From contig NC_014537.1 of assembly GCF_000148385.1 (NCBI RefSeq), positions 570,001 through 602,000 on the forward strand: a DNA stretch of 32,000 nt. Direction: 5' to 3'. Source of the stretch: Vulcanisaeta distributa DSM 14429. Lineage in GTDB: Archaea; Thermoproteota; Thermoprotei; Thermoproteales; Thermocladiaceae. Positions 9,303 through 18,277 of the stretch are shown piece by piece (the stretch's first letter is position 1; each line of letters starts with the position of its first letter). The notes beneath the pieces were generated by a model. The model was not told the DNA's origin, did not search any database, and saw only the letters and a list, made by a program, of their open reading frames with translations. The position numbers were made by a program, and so were the translations under genes.

Positions 9303-9963
9303 CCTTCACATAGAGTGCATAGCCTATAATGACCCCATCGAGACCCAAATCCCTTAATTGCTCGATATGCCCGCATGTGGAGATGCCACCCGCGTAGAAA
9401 ACCTCGTCAGCCTTACTCCTCAGTAATTCAATTACTTCCCGACTAATTAGGGGACCCGCGCCGGTACCCTCCACATCAATGGCTGTGTAAATTAGGGTGT
9501 GTACCCTGGGTAATGAGTTTATGACTGCTTGTAACTCACCTACGGGTTTAGTCCAGCCCCTGCTCATTACGAAATTCCCCAATACGTCTATCGAAACCAC
9601 AACAGACTCATAACCAAGGCTCTTAATGAACTCATTAATGGCACCTGGCCCCTCGAGGGCTGCGGTGCCTATGACGACCTTACTACATAACTTAAGGGCT
9701 TCCTTACCGACCTCGGGCGTCCTAATGCCACCGCCCACTTCGCATTTACTGTTGAATTCACGGCTTATCCTGGCTATTGAATCAATATTCACTAATCTAC
9801 CCTGCTCGGCACCGTCCAAGTCGACTATGTGTACGAAGTTGAATCTCCTCGTTAATTTAATTGCTTCATCCACACTGAGCCTAATTAACTCCGTACCCCT
9901 CACACCCCTAACCCTCTTGACTGCATAACCACCGCTTATGTCGATTGATGGTATGATAATCAT
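9274..9963 (-). CDS. hisA: ProFAR isomerase (1-(5-phosphoribosyl)-5-[(5-phosphoribosylamino)methylideneamino]imidazole-4-carboxamide isomerase)
   Basis: A 229-aa ORF with MIIIPSIDI, VDLDGA, VGGGIR and a YAGGIS segment. The start ATG shares one base with the hisG stop (TAATG). Confidence 0.9.
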   Translation of the reverse strand: MIIIPSIDISGGYAVKRVRGVRGTELIRLSVDEAIKLTRRFNFVHIVDLDGAEQGRLVNIDSIARISREFNSKCEVGGGIRTPEVGKEALKLCSKVVIGTAALEGPGAINEFIKSLGYESVVVSIDVLGNFVMSRGWTKPVGELQAVINSLPRVHTLIYTAIDVEGTGAGPLISREVIELLRSKADEVFYAGGISTCGHIEQLRDLGLDGVIIGYALYVKGVDCAGSWG

Positions 9964-10811
9964 TAAGCAATCACCTTCTCAATACTCATGACCAGTATGT
10001 CCTTGGCACCTGCATTCTTTAATTTAACGAGGAGACTCGGTAATTCATTCTCAGGGACCACGCTGATTACCTCCTTAAATGGCTTATTCGCGATGTCGGC
10101 CACGGTGGGCCCCTCCATGGCGGGTAATATGGATAGTACCTTGGACAGGTACTCCGTGGGTACGTTCATTAAGACCAACTTCTTATTAATTGAGGATTTA
10201 ACGCCACGTAGTAGTAGGAGGAATCTCTCCATTACTTCGCCGCATTTATCAAACCCTGTATTGCTGGTTATGAGTACGGCCTCCGTCTCCGTGATCACGC
10301 CGATCGGTTTCAATCCATGAATCTTTAGTGTGGTTCCTGTCGACATTACATCGACTATGGCCTCAGCCACGCCGAGGAGAGGCATTATCTCGGCACTACC
10401 CGATATCCTGACTATCCTCACATTCTTGCCATAAGCCTTGAAATAATTCATTGTTAAATTAACGTACTTCGTCGCAACCCTTATCCCATCCTCCATATCA
10501 TTGATGCTATTAATGCCTGATGTACTCGGCACAGCAACTACGATCTTCCCATTACCAAAGCCCAACCTCTCAACAACCTTAACCCTCGACTGACTCTCAA
10601 CGACATAATCAAGCCCCGTAATACCCATAACAGCGGCGCTGGACTCAACAATGTACGGTATATCCTCAGGCCTAACCCTAATGATGTTTAAGTCCGACCA
10701 ATTTGTCGGTATCATTAACGCCCTATCATCATAAACCTGCAACCTAATACCAACATCCTCAAGCAGTTTAATCGTTGGTTGTACTAAACGACCCTTTGAC
10801 GGGATTGCCAT
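9963..10811 (-). CDS. hisG: ATP phosphoribosyltransferase (long form)
   Basis: A 282-aa ORF with MAIPSKGRL, DIPYIVESSAAVMGITGLD and VDVMSTGTTLK, plus a C-terminal regulatory-domain-sized extension. TATA-like boxes lie on the gene strand at 10841-10858. Confidence 0.9.
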   Translation of the reverse strand: MAIPSKGRLVQPTIKLLEDVGIRLQVYDDRALMIPTNWSDLNIIRVRPEDIPYIVESSAAVMGITGLDYVVESQSRVKVVERLGFGNGKIVVAVPSTSGINSINDMEDGIRVATKYVNLTMNYFKAYGKNVRIVRISGSAEIMPLLGVAEAIVDVMSTGTTLKIHGLKPIGVITETEAVLITSNTGFDKCGEVMERFLLLLRGVKSSINKKLVLMNVPTEYLSKVLSILPAMEGPTVADIANKPFKEVISVVPENELPSLLVKLKNAGAKDILVMSIEKVIA

Positions 10812-10912
10812 TATGCATGTTCCAGTGCCATCGGGAACGCATATATTTAGGGTATATAAGTATTACCATAGACTTAAAAATAATAATTACACTAACCGCA
10901 CAGCCATGTAAC

Positions 10913-11980
10913 TTACTTATTTAAACCACGAAGAACATCGTCCAATGCGTCAATGAATTCTGTGGCAATGGGCTTGGGGGGCACCGTAACCCTAAGGCAA
11001 TCCTCACAAAGAACCTTACCGCTTAAGTTCCTGACCACGAAGCCCTTATTAAACAACTTGCTATATATATCATCAGCCCTGTTGGGACTACCCACGTGGA
11101 ATGTTACGAAATTGGTTACTGAGGGTATTGGTCTCAAGTCTAAATCTCTCAATGACTTAATCATGTATTCCCTTACATTAATCATTTCATCAATGCTCCT
11201 CTCAACGTAATCCCTTAATTCCAGGGCCCGTAATACCAAGGCCATTGAGGGATATGGAATGTTGTGAGATAATGATAATCTGCTAAGTCCATTAATGACC
11301 ACGTCAGAGGCTACTACATAGCCCACCCTGAGACCCGCCAGGCCCCAGGCTTTGGAGAATGTCCTCACTATTGCCAGGTTATCATAATCCCTAATTAAAT
11401 CGGTAAGGCTATACCTAGCAAATTCTGCGTAAGCCTCATCAATAACCACGAGAGATTTAACGCGGGGCAATAAGTATTCAATTAATTCCCTATTGAATAA
11501 ATTACCCGTTGGATTGTTTGGATTACATATGTAAATAACGTCGTAAGAATCCCCAATTTTAACTATGCCATCAATATCTAGTTCGTAGGTATCTTCTTTA
11601 AGAAGGAATTGATCGGTATCAACCCTCATGGACTCTGCCAGGACCTTGGGCATTGAGTACGTGGGCTCAACGATAAGGACCTTCCTAAACCCATGTAGCG
11701 CAAATTGAATGAGTAACCTCAATCCCTCATCACCGCCGGCTACGGAAAACACATTATTAACATCAATATTGAGGTACTTAGCCAACGCCTCATTAAACGT
11801 GGGGTTAAGGGGCTCAGTATAGTACCTAATCATGTCAGGGTCTAACAACACGGTAAGTAGTTTCTCGTAGTACTCACGTGGTAGGAATAAATTCTCATTA
11901 AAGTGAAGCCTATGTACCTTATAGCCAACGTTTGGTTCCTCATAGAAGTTAAGGGATAATACACCCTTCCAAGACATCAA
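10913..11980 (-). CDS. hisC: Histidinol-phosphate aminotransferase (class II PLP aminotransferase)
   Basis: A 355-aa ORF with NENLFLP, YICNPNNPTGN and the PLP-lysine region TFSKAWGLAGLRVGY. It heads the his cluster. The likely start is the ATG at 11977. Confidence 0.85.
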   Translation of the reverse strand: MMSWKGVLSLNFYEEPNVGYKVHRLHFNENLFLPREYYEKLLTVLLDPDMIRYYTEPLNPTFNEALAKYLNIDVNNVFSVAGGDEGLRLLIQFALHGFRKVLIVEPTYSMPKVLAESMRVDTDQFLLKEDTYELDIDGIVKIGDSYDVIYICNPNNPTGNLFNRELIEYLLPRVKSLVVIDEAYAEFARYSLTDLIRDYDNLAIVRTFSKAWGLAGLRVGYVVASDVVINGLSRLSLSHNIPYPSMALVLRALELRDYVERSIDEMINVREYMIKSLRDLDLRPIPSVTNFVTFHVGSPNRADDIYSKLFNKGFVVRNLSGKVLCEDCLRVTVPPKPIATEFIDALDDVLRGLNK

Positions 11981-12071
11981 CCCTCACACGGAATTAATAA
12001 TTTATAAACATTACATTATAATTCTATATAACTTAATTTTAACAATCTTTGGGTTTAATTAATTTGAAGTA

Positions 12072-13349
12072 TTATTCCCGACGGGCCCTTTTAATGAGGG
12101 CTATTGCAATCATAGAACTTATCACTATTAATATGCTACTCCAAATCATGTTTATTGTTATTGCCGTTAGCCAGGGTTCCGGCCTTGTGGAGGCTCCTGC
12201 CATTAGTGTCGTTATTATTGCGGCCCAAGCCGCCAACCAAGTGCCACCATTATAACTTAGGCCGGCGCCTGTGGCTCTGACGCTTGGTGGTAGTAGGTCC
12301 CTTATGTAGACCTGCAGTACGCCGACGGGTAGCACCGCTATGAAGTCCCAGAGCAGTACTAACCAGCCGTTGCTTAGTATGAGTATTGCGTACATTGTTG
12401 GGTATATGAGGGCTATGATTATTAATGCCGTGGCCAGTAAGGCCCTTGCCGAGCTCCTGAACCAATCAACCAATACACCGCCGAAGATACTGCCAATGGC
12501 GTCACTCGCGGAGAGTACTGTGAGTATTAGGCCCGCCAGGGCTGATGAGTAATTAAGCACGTTCTGTAGTACGAATGGTGAGAGCTCAAGCATTACGTAG
12601 TACTCGTAGAGGAAGCCCATCGTGGCCAGTAGTATCGTTATTACGGGTAGCCAGTACTTAGTGAACAGTGTCCTGTACGGACTCCTCACCTTCTCCGCAA
12701 CCTCCCACTCAGGGGCCTCGGTTAGGAATCTCCTCCTAAATAACCAGCCAATGATCGTGGTCACTATGCCACTCCAGAACACTATCCTCCAACCAATGGT
12801 ATACATTGCGTTCTCTGGCAAGTAGGTAGCCACCAGAGTGTATGTGAAGGTCACGCCGAATATGCCAATGTCGAAACCAGCCTGCATAATGCCACTGGCC
12901 AGGCCCCTCCACTTAGTGACACTTTCAACAGCCATGACGCCACTCGATGAGTACTCACCGCCCAGGAAGAAGCCGACTGCGAACCTGAGTATTATGAGGA
13001 GTGCAATGGCGACTAGGCCTGCCTGGGCATAGGTTGGTAGGAAGCCCATTAGGAAGCTTGATAAGCCGGCGCCAAGCATTGTCATGTACAGTACATACCT
13101 CCTACCGACCTTATCCGCAAGGTTACCAAAGAAGACACCACCGAGTGGTCTAACGGCAAGTGAAACGCTGAAGGCGGCCAGCGTTGCAAGCATTGAGCCT
13201 AAACGACCAAGCTGACTAAAGAATACCTGCGCTATTACTGGCGCTACAAAGGCATAGGCAACGAAGTCATAGGCATCTAAGCCCCAACCCAGCATTGAAC
13301 CAACGACATTACGCCACCTACTTACCTGTGTTCCAGCTTCATAACTCAC
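12072..13349 (-). CDS. MFS transporter, metabolite:H+ symporter-like
   Basis: A 425-aa ORF that is hydrophobic throughout. It has the MFS loop motif GNLADKVGRRYVLYMTM between TM2 and TM3. Several short antisense ORFs on the + strand are spurious. Confidence 0.8.
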   Translation of the reverse strand: MSYEAGTQVSRWRNVVGSMLGWGLDAYDFVAYAFVAPVIAQVFFSQLGRLGSMLATLAAFSVSLAVRPLGGVFFGNLADKVGRRYVLYMTMLGAGLSSFLMGFLPTYAQAGLVAIALLIILRFAVGFFLGGEYSSSGVMAVESVTKWRGLASGIMQAGFDIGIFGVTFTYTLVATYLPENAMYTIGWRIVFWSGIVTTIIGWLFRRRFLTEAPEWEVAEKVRSPYRTLFTKYWLPVITILLATMGFLYEYYVMLELSPFVLQNVLNYSSALAGLILTVLSASDAIGSIFGGVLVDWFRSSARALLATALIIIALIYPTMYAILILSNGWLVLLWDFIAVLPVGVLQVYIRDLLPPSVRATGAGLSYNGGTWLAAWAAIITTLMAGASTRPEPWLTAITINMIWSSILIVISSMIAIALIKRARRE

Positions 13350-13430
13350 CGATTCATCACATACTTAGTTTATTTAAGTTTTACCTGATTGCATATGTTC
13401 TTCTATTAATACCAGGGTAATCACTATATA

Positions 13431-14654
13431 CTATATTCCTGGTTCCTGGGCAACTATTAGGGACCTCAACTCATCCAATGACGAGACACTAACCATATTC
13501 ACATTACTATTCATTAGTAGTGTGTCTGGATCCTTTAGTGCGTGGCCGGTGGCTATTAATACTACCTTATCCCCAGCGTCAACCATGCCCTCACCCAAAG
13601 CCTTTAAGTAACCAGCCAGTGATGCCGCGCTGGCAGGTTCGACGCCGATGCCCTCCCTACCAAGCATTCTCTGAGCCATTAATATCTCATCATCACTAAC
13701 CTCAATGAATTCACCACCACTATACTTAACAGCCCTATAAGCCCTAAACCAATTAATTGGCCTACCAATCCTTATTGCCGAGGCCACAGTCCTTGGGTTA
13801 TCAATCCTCGCCTCACCCAAGCCCCTCCAATACCTAACCATCGGCGCAGCCCCTGATGCTTGGACACCAATCATTTTCGGTACGCGATCAATCACGCCAA
13901 AATCCACCAACTCCCTAAACCCCTTCCAAATGGCGTATATATTGCCACCATTACCCACCGGGACAAAGACGTAATCCGGGACACCAATCTCCTCCACAAT
14001 TTCATAGGCTATGGTCTTCTGCCCCTCCAACCTCCAGGGATTTATCGAATTAAGTGGGTAGTAATTAACGTTGTTGACACGGCCATCACTCAATACAGCC
14101 TCTAATACGTACTCCAACGCATTATCAAATGTGCCAGGAACCTCGGCGATCTTCGCACCATGCAGCATCGCCTGCCCCAACTTGCCCTTGGCAACACCAC
14201 CCTTTGGTAGAACCACTAGGCACTCAAGGCCTGCCCTAGCCGCGTAGGCCGCCGCGGACGCCGCAGTATTCCCCGTTGACGCCACTATAACCCCCTTAAC
14301 ACCTATTGACAACGCCAATGAAACGCCGACAGTCATCCCCCTATCCTTAAAGGAGCCCGTTGGGTTTGCACCCTCAAACTTGACATAGGCATTGCCATGA
14401 CCTCTTAACCTAATTAATGGCGTTGCGCCCTCGCCCATCGTGACGGTATTACCCGGCTCAGGCAGTAATTCCCTATACCTCCATACACCCCTACCCCGTA
14501 AACCTCCCCAGTTCAACCTAACCCTATCAGCGATTAATAATGCATCAAGTAATTCACCACACCTTGGGCACCTCATTACGTATGGGCTCGCCTCGGTCTC
14601 GAAACCACACCTTGGACACTTTAGGATGTATTTACTGAGGAATCTAGGTCTCAT
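13431..14654 (-). CDS. thrC: Threonine synthase with N-terminal zinc-ribbon
   Basis: A 407-aa ORF with the PLP-lysine motif GANPTGSFKDRG, an N-terminal CPRCG...CPRCG and GNGGNIYA. Confidence 0.9.
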   Translation of the reverse strand: MRPRFLSKYILKCPRCGFETEASPYVMRCPRCGELLDALLIADRVRLNWGGLRGRGVWRYRELLPEPGNTVTMGEGATPLIRLRGHGNAYVKFEGANPTGSFKDRGMTVGVSLALSIGVKGVIVASTGNTAASAAAYAARAGLECLVVLPKGGVAKGKLGQAMLHGAKIAEVPGTFDNALEYVLEAVLSDGRVNNVNYYPLNSINPWRLEGQKTIAYEIVEEIGVPDYVFVPVGNGGNIYAIWKGFRELVDFGVIDRVPKMIGVQASGAAPMVRYWRGLGEARIDNPRTVASAIRIGRPINWFRAYRAVKYSGGEFIEVSDDEILMAQRMLGREGIGVEPASAASLAGYLKALGEGMVDAGDKVVLIATGHALKDPDTLLMNSNVNMVSVSSLDELRSLIVAQEPGI

Positions 14655-14656
14655 GC

Positions 14657-14674
14657 CTGGGTTTCCATTTCAAT
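14657..14674 (-). promoter_or_regulatory. Shared thr-promoter motif, copy 1 (gene-sense GAAATGGAAACCC, -17 to -5 from the thrC ATG)
   Basis: The + strand reads ctGGGTTTCCATTTCaat. The 13-mer GGGTTTCCATTTC (14659-14671) is identical to 17882-17894 upstream of aspartate kinase. It lies downstream of an A/T-rich TATA-like box (aaataatt in gene sense). Confidence 0.4.
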
Positions 14675-14787
14675 CCCCAAGTAACCTCAATTATTTAGGT
14701 TATTTAAGCATTACCATTAAATTAATAGGGCATTGTCCCATGGTAATGCTCTTAAATAAATTATAAATTACATGTTATTAATAACGC

Positions 14788-15762
14788 ATGAGGAGATATA
14801 GGGTATTGATAATTGGCTTTGGGAATGTTGGTCAGGCCTTCTTCAGGTTATTGAATTTAAAGAGGGATTTACTTGGTGTTGATGTTTATGTTAGTGAGAT
14901 AATTGATAGGAGGCGTGGGCATATAGTTAATCCAGGACCTAGTGTCGTTGATGATGCACGTAGCGGCAAATTGCTTGGTAAGAGGGTGGACATTAATGAG
15001 ATTCCCAGGCTTATTGAGGGGAGCGATGCAGACATTGTCTGTGAGTTCACGGATTTAAACGTTAAGGATAGGGGTGAGCCCGCATTCACCTATTTATCGA
15101 CAGCCATCAGGAGCGGTAAGCACGTGATTACGACCAATAAGGGCCCAATAGCCTTCCACTACGATGAGTTGATGGAACTTAGCAGGAGGTTTAATAGGCT
15201 TGTTAGGTTTAAGGGCACGGTGATGGCGGGCACGCCATCCTTCAACATAATCGACCTATTACCTGGCATTAAGGTTAATTACTTCATGGGCATACTCAAC
15301 GGCACCACAAACTACATACTCACGAGGATGTACGAGGGCATGAACTTCAACGAAGCCCTCAGGCTGGCCCAGGAAAGGGGTTATGCGGAGGCTGACCCAT
15401 CCCTGGACATTGATGGTTGGGATGCTGCGCTGAAGGCAATCATTATTTCGAGGGTGCTTGGTTGGAGGCATAGCCTTGAGGGCATGGAGGTTAGGGGTAT
15501 ACGTGACATAGACATTAGGGCCTATGGGGATAGGGTTGTTAAGCTCATAGCCTACGCCAATGCGGAGACTGCGTACGTTAAGCCAGTCCCATTGAGTAGG
15601 AGTGATGTTCTGGCTCACGTTAATGAGAACTTGAACGCATTGAGGATTAACACGGACACCCTAGGCGATGTTATGGTTATAGGGCCTGGGGCCGGGCCCA
15701 TGGAGACTGCGCAAGCCGTATTAACGGATTTAATGTACATAATTAATCATTTAGGGGATTAA
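14788..15762 (+). CDS. hom: Homoserine dehydrogenase
   Basis: A 324-aa ORF with an N-terminal Rossmann motif (VLIIGFGNVGQ), ITTNKGPIA and AEADPSLDIDGWDAALKAIIISRVLG. Confidence 0.85.
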   Translation: MRRYRVLIIGFGNVGQAFFRLLNLKRDLLGVDVYVSEIIDRRRGHIVNPGPSVVDDARSGKLLGKRVDINEIPRLIEGSDADIVCEFTDLNVKDRGEPAFTYLSTAIRSGKHVITTNKGPIAFHYDELMELSRRFNRLVRFKGTVMAGTPSFNIIDLLPGIKVNYFMGILNGTTNYILTRMYEGMNFNEALRLAQERGYAEADPSLDIDGWDAALKAIIISRVLGWRHSLEGMEVRGIRDIDIRAYGDRVVKLIAYANAETAYVKPVPLSRSDVLAHVNENLNALRINTDTLGDVMVIGPGAGPMETAQAVLTDLMYIINHLGD

Positions 15763-15769
15763 CGCATTT

Positions 15770-16801
15770 TTAGAGTATGCCCAGAGCCTTCATGGTCTCC
15801 ACAGTGAGTATTGTGATCCCAGCTGCACCACGCACCAGGTTATCTCCCAGCGCCACAAGCCTTAACACCCTATCCCTAACCGACACCCTACCGACACTGA
15901 CAGCCATTGGGTCCAAATCCCTGGCAGGTTGGGGTGCGTCAACCCTATTAATAACCTTAATCGGCTCCCTGGGTGCCGTGGGCAACTCCCTCTCCTGAGG
16001 TAGGGATCTAAACCTACTCAACCTATTAATTATATACTCAGTGTCCACATCCTTAGTCAGCACGGCGTGTATTACGGCCATGTGCCCATACTTAACGGGT
16101 ACCCTGGTCGTCGTTACGTACACAGGCTTGCCCCAGGGCTCGAACTTCTCGGGGAATTGCTTACCCAACATCTTATTCAGCTCAGCCTCGATCTTCTCCT
16201 CCTCACCCTTTATGAATGGTATTACATTACCATCAATTGCCAGGTAGGACAGACCCAGGTAGCCGGCCCCAGAGACAGACTGTAGTGTAACTATGTGTAG
16301 TGAGTCGATTAGGTCTTGAATAGGCTTTATGGGCATTGATATTATCGCAGCCGTGCAGTTCGGGTTCTTAACAACCCAATTACCCTTAACCTCCCTGAGT
16401 ATGTTTAGGTGCTCCCAATTAACCTCAGGGTTTATCAGTGGGATCCTCGGATTCATCCTCTCCGGCGACGCGTTTGAAATAACGTTCAACCCAGCGCTCA
16501 ATAGCCTACTCTCAATGGGCCAGGCAACATCGTTTGGTAATGCCGAGAGAACCACATCGGCCGACTTATGGTCTGGGGGGTCCGTGGAAACCAGCGTGAT
16601 GTCCCTGGCATACTCAGGCACATCACCTGGTATGAACCAGTGAACCACCTCGCCATACTTACGACCAACCTTACCCGGGGATGCCGATAAACCAACGACT
16701 TCAATGAATGGGTGGTTAGCCAGCAACTTAACCATCCACTGCCCGACGAGTCCCGTGGCCCCGAGTATTGATACCCTCACGCGATCCATGACCTCACCCA
16801 C
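15770..16801 (-). CDS. asd: Aspartate-semialdehyde dehydrogenase
   Basis: A 343-aa ORF with VSILGATGLVGQ, the active-site region NPNCTAAI and SVSGAG. It lies immediately downstream of aspartate kinase and overlaps it. An alternative start is the ATG at 16789. Confidence 0.85.
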   Translation of the reverse strand: MGEVMDRVRVSILGATGLVGQWMVKLLANHPFIEVVGLSASPGKVGRKYGEVVHWFIPGDVPEYARDITLVSTDPPDHKSADVVLSALPNDVAWPIESRLLSAGLNVISNASPERMNPRIPLINPEVNWEHLNILREVKGNWVVKNPNCTAAIISMPIKPIQDLIDSLHIVTLQSVSGAGYLGLSYLAIDGNVIPFIKGEEEKIEAELNKMLGKQFPEKFEPWGKPVYVTTTRVPVKYGHMAVIHAVLTKDVDTEYIINRLSRFRSLPQERELPTAPREPIKVINRVDAPQPARDLDPMAVSVGRVSVRDRVLRLVALGDNLVRGAAGITILTVETMKALGIL

Positions 16802-17865
16802 CTATGGAGGTCCCTTGCCAGGGAAACCGCGTCATCCCACTCATTTAATAATGCCGACACCGCGTGTTGGTCATCATTAATTACTTTAGCGTCGTATGAC
16901 GCCATTATCTCATACGCCTCACCCCTCAGGTGACTCACCTGTGAAATTCTACAGCCCACCACGGAGACCCTGAACGCACCCCCAACCTCATTTAGGGTAA
17001 TTAGCTTGGGCGTTGTGATGCAGTTATTTACTACGTACGTACCATCCTCACGCCAGGGATCAGTTATGATGGTTAAGACCTTACTCTTTAATAATGGCTC
17101 AAAGGTCCTTGGGTGGAACTTCTTGGCGCCAAGTAATGACGCCGTGTAGGCCTCGTCATAACCAACCTCCCTAAGGAGTACCGCGTCGTTTATAATCCTT
17201 GGATCACCACTGAGTATACCACCACTGTCCGTGTAGAAGGTTAACCGTGACGCACCCAGGTAACTCGCGAGTAGGGACGCCGTGTAATCACTACCACCCC
17301 TACCTAGGGACGTGTACCTACCATCACTGGTTACTCCCAGGAAGCCGGGGACCACAACAACATCATACTTACTCAATACGCCGCCCACCCTCTCAATCAC
17401 GTACTTACTACTCAACTCGTGATTAACCGATGCAAAGCCCCAATTACTATCCGTAACTATGCCAGGCTCGTAAACAGCCTTAGCCCTTAAGCCAAGCAAA
17501 TCATTCAGCGCCCTCTCAATTAACAACGTCGAGAGTAACTCACCGTGGATGATCACGTAATCCCTAACCCAAGGCTCACCGAGGTTTATGAACCTACGCA
17601 ACTCCTCACGCGCGAGTTCGAGGAAGGATGCCAGGTCATTAAGGCCGAGATTAAGGGCTTCACTCATGTACGTTGATAATGCATTATCAAGTGCGTTTGG
17701 GTCGTGATTATCAAAGGCCCTTATTAATTGGTCCGTAACCCCCTTCATAGCCGAAACAACAAGCACAAGCTTATTACCCAGGTAATCCCTACCAACAACC
17801 CTACCGATCACATTAAGGACATTACCCACAGTTAACAGTGAACCACCAACCTTAGATATCCTCAC
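16777..17865 (-). CDS. Aspartate kinase (short form)
   Basis: A 362-aa ORF with a GTG start. It has amino-acid-kinase motifs (KVGGSLL, VVSAMKGVTDQLI, LGRGGSDYTA, DPRII). Only about 80 aa follow the kinase domain. Confidence 0.8.
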   Translation of the reverse strand: MRISKVGGSLLTVGNVLNVIGRVVGRDYLGNKLVLVVSAMKGVTDQLIRAFDNHDPNALDNALSTYMSEALNLGLNDLASFLELAREELRRFINLGEPWVRDYVIIHGELLSTLLIERALNDLLGLRAKAVYEPGIVTDSNWGFASVNHELSSKYVIERVGGVLSKYDVVVVPGFLGVTSDGRYTSLGRGGSDYTASLLASYLGASRLTFYTDSGGILSGDPRIINDAVLLREVGYDEAYTASLLGAKKFHPRTFEPLLKSKVLTIITDPWREDGTYVVNNCITTPKLITLNEVGGAFRVSVVGCRISQVSHLRGEAYEIMASYDAKVINDDQHAVSALLNEWDDAVSLARDLHRWVRSWIA

Positions 17866-17879
17866 CTCCCGTTCTAGTA

Positions 17880-17897
17880 CAGGGTTTCCATTTCCAT
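17880..17897 (-). promoter_or_regulatory. Shared thr-promoter motif, copy 2 (gene-sense GGAAATGGAAACCC, about -30 to -17 from the aspartate kinase GTG)
   Basis: The + strand reads caGGGTTTCCATTTCcat, and TTCCAT is tandemly duplicated. On the gene strand it sits 13 nt downstream of the TATA-like cctatatag. Confidence 0.4.
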
Positions 17898-18198
17898 CTG
17901 GTCACCTCTATATAGGCACGAACATAACACATATTTAAAATTTACTATCTCGAGAATAATATATACCCGCCACCATGATATAAATAGCAACAACAATATA
18001 GGAGTGAGAAAGCATGAAATAAATCAACGCATCGTAAGGCATTTACCTTAAATATAATAATTAACCACTAAAACGCAACTAGACCACTAAGCGGTATGCC
18101 TGGACGTAGTAAATTAGATTGAATGAAAAATGCCAAACCCTCAACATTAAACCCAGCCCAAACTAAAACTTAAAACCCTCAAGACCTACTATTACTCT

Positions 18199-18277
18199 GC
18201 GGCCGTCGTCTAGACTGGTCTAGGATGGCGGCCCCCCGAGCCGCAGAACCCGGGTTCAAATCCCGGCGGCCGCACCA
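18199..18277 (+). tRNA. tRNA-Gly (anticodon CCC) with genomically encoded CCA
   Basis: Hand-folded. The acceptor stem GCGGCCG/CGGCCGC has 7 perfect pairs. The T arm is CCGGG-TTCAAAT-CCCGG. The anticodon stem is GCGGC/GCCGC with loop CCCCCGA. The variable loop is AGAAC, the discriminator is A, and CCA follows. An A/T-rich box (aaacttaaaa) lies about 30 nt upstream. Confidence 0.85.

Noticed and set aside
10819-10838. GTTCC-N10-GGAAC lies between the TATA boxes and the hisG start. Its left half, GTTCCAGTG, resembles the core of crenarchaeal ORB origin boxes.
   Set aside because: The arms are only 5 bp and there is a single copy. There is no A/T-rich unwinding element flanked by repeats and no orc1/cdc6 gene nearby. 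It may be a weak operator, but it is too short to support either an origin or an operator claim.
15770-16801. Whether the asd-like gene could be a malonyl-CoA or succinyl-CoA reductase paralogue of the kind recruited in Sulfolobales carbon fixation.
   Set aside because: It overlaps the aspartate kinase gene in an apparent operon and sits beside hom and thrC, so the biosynthetic Asd role is the simpler reading. Only phylogeny could settle this.
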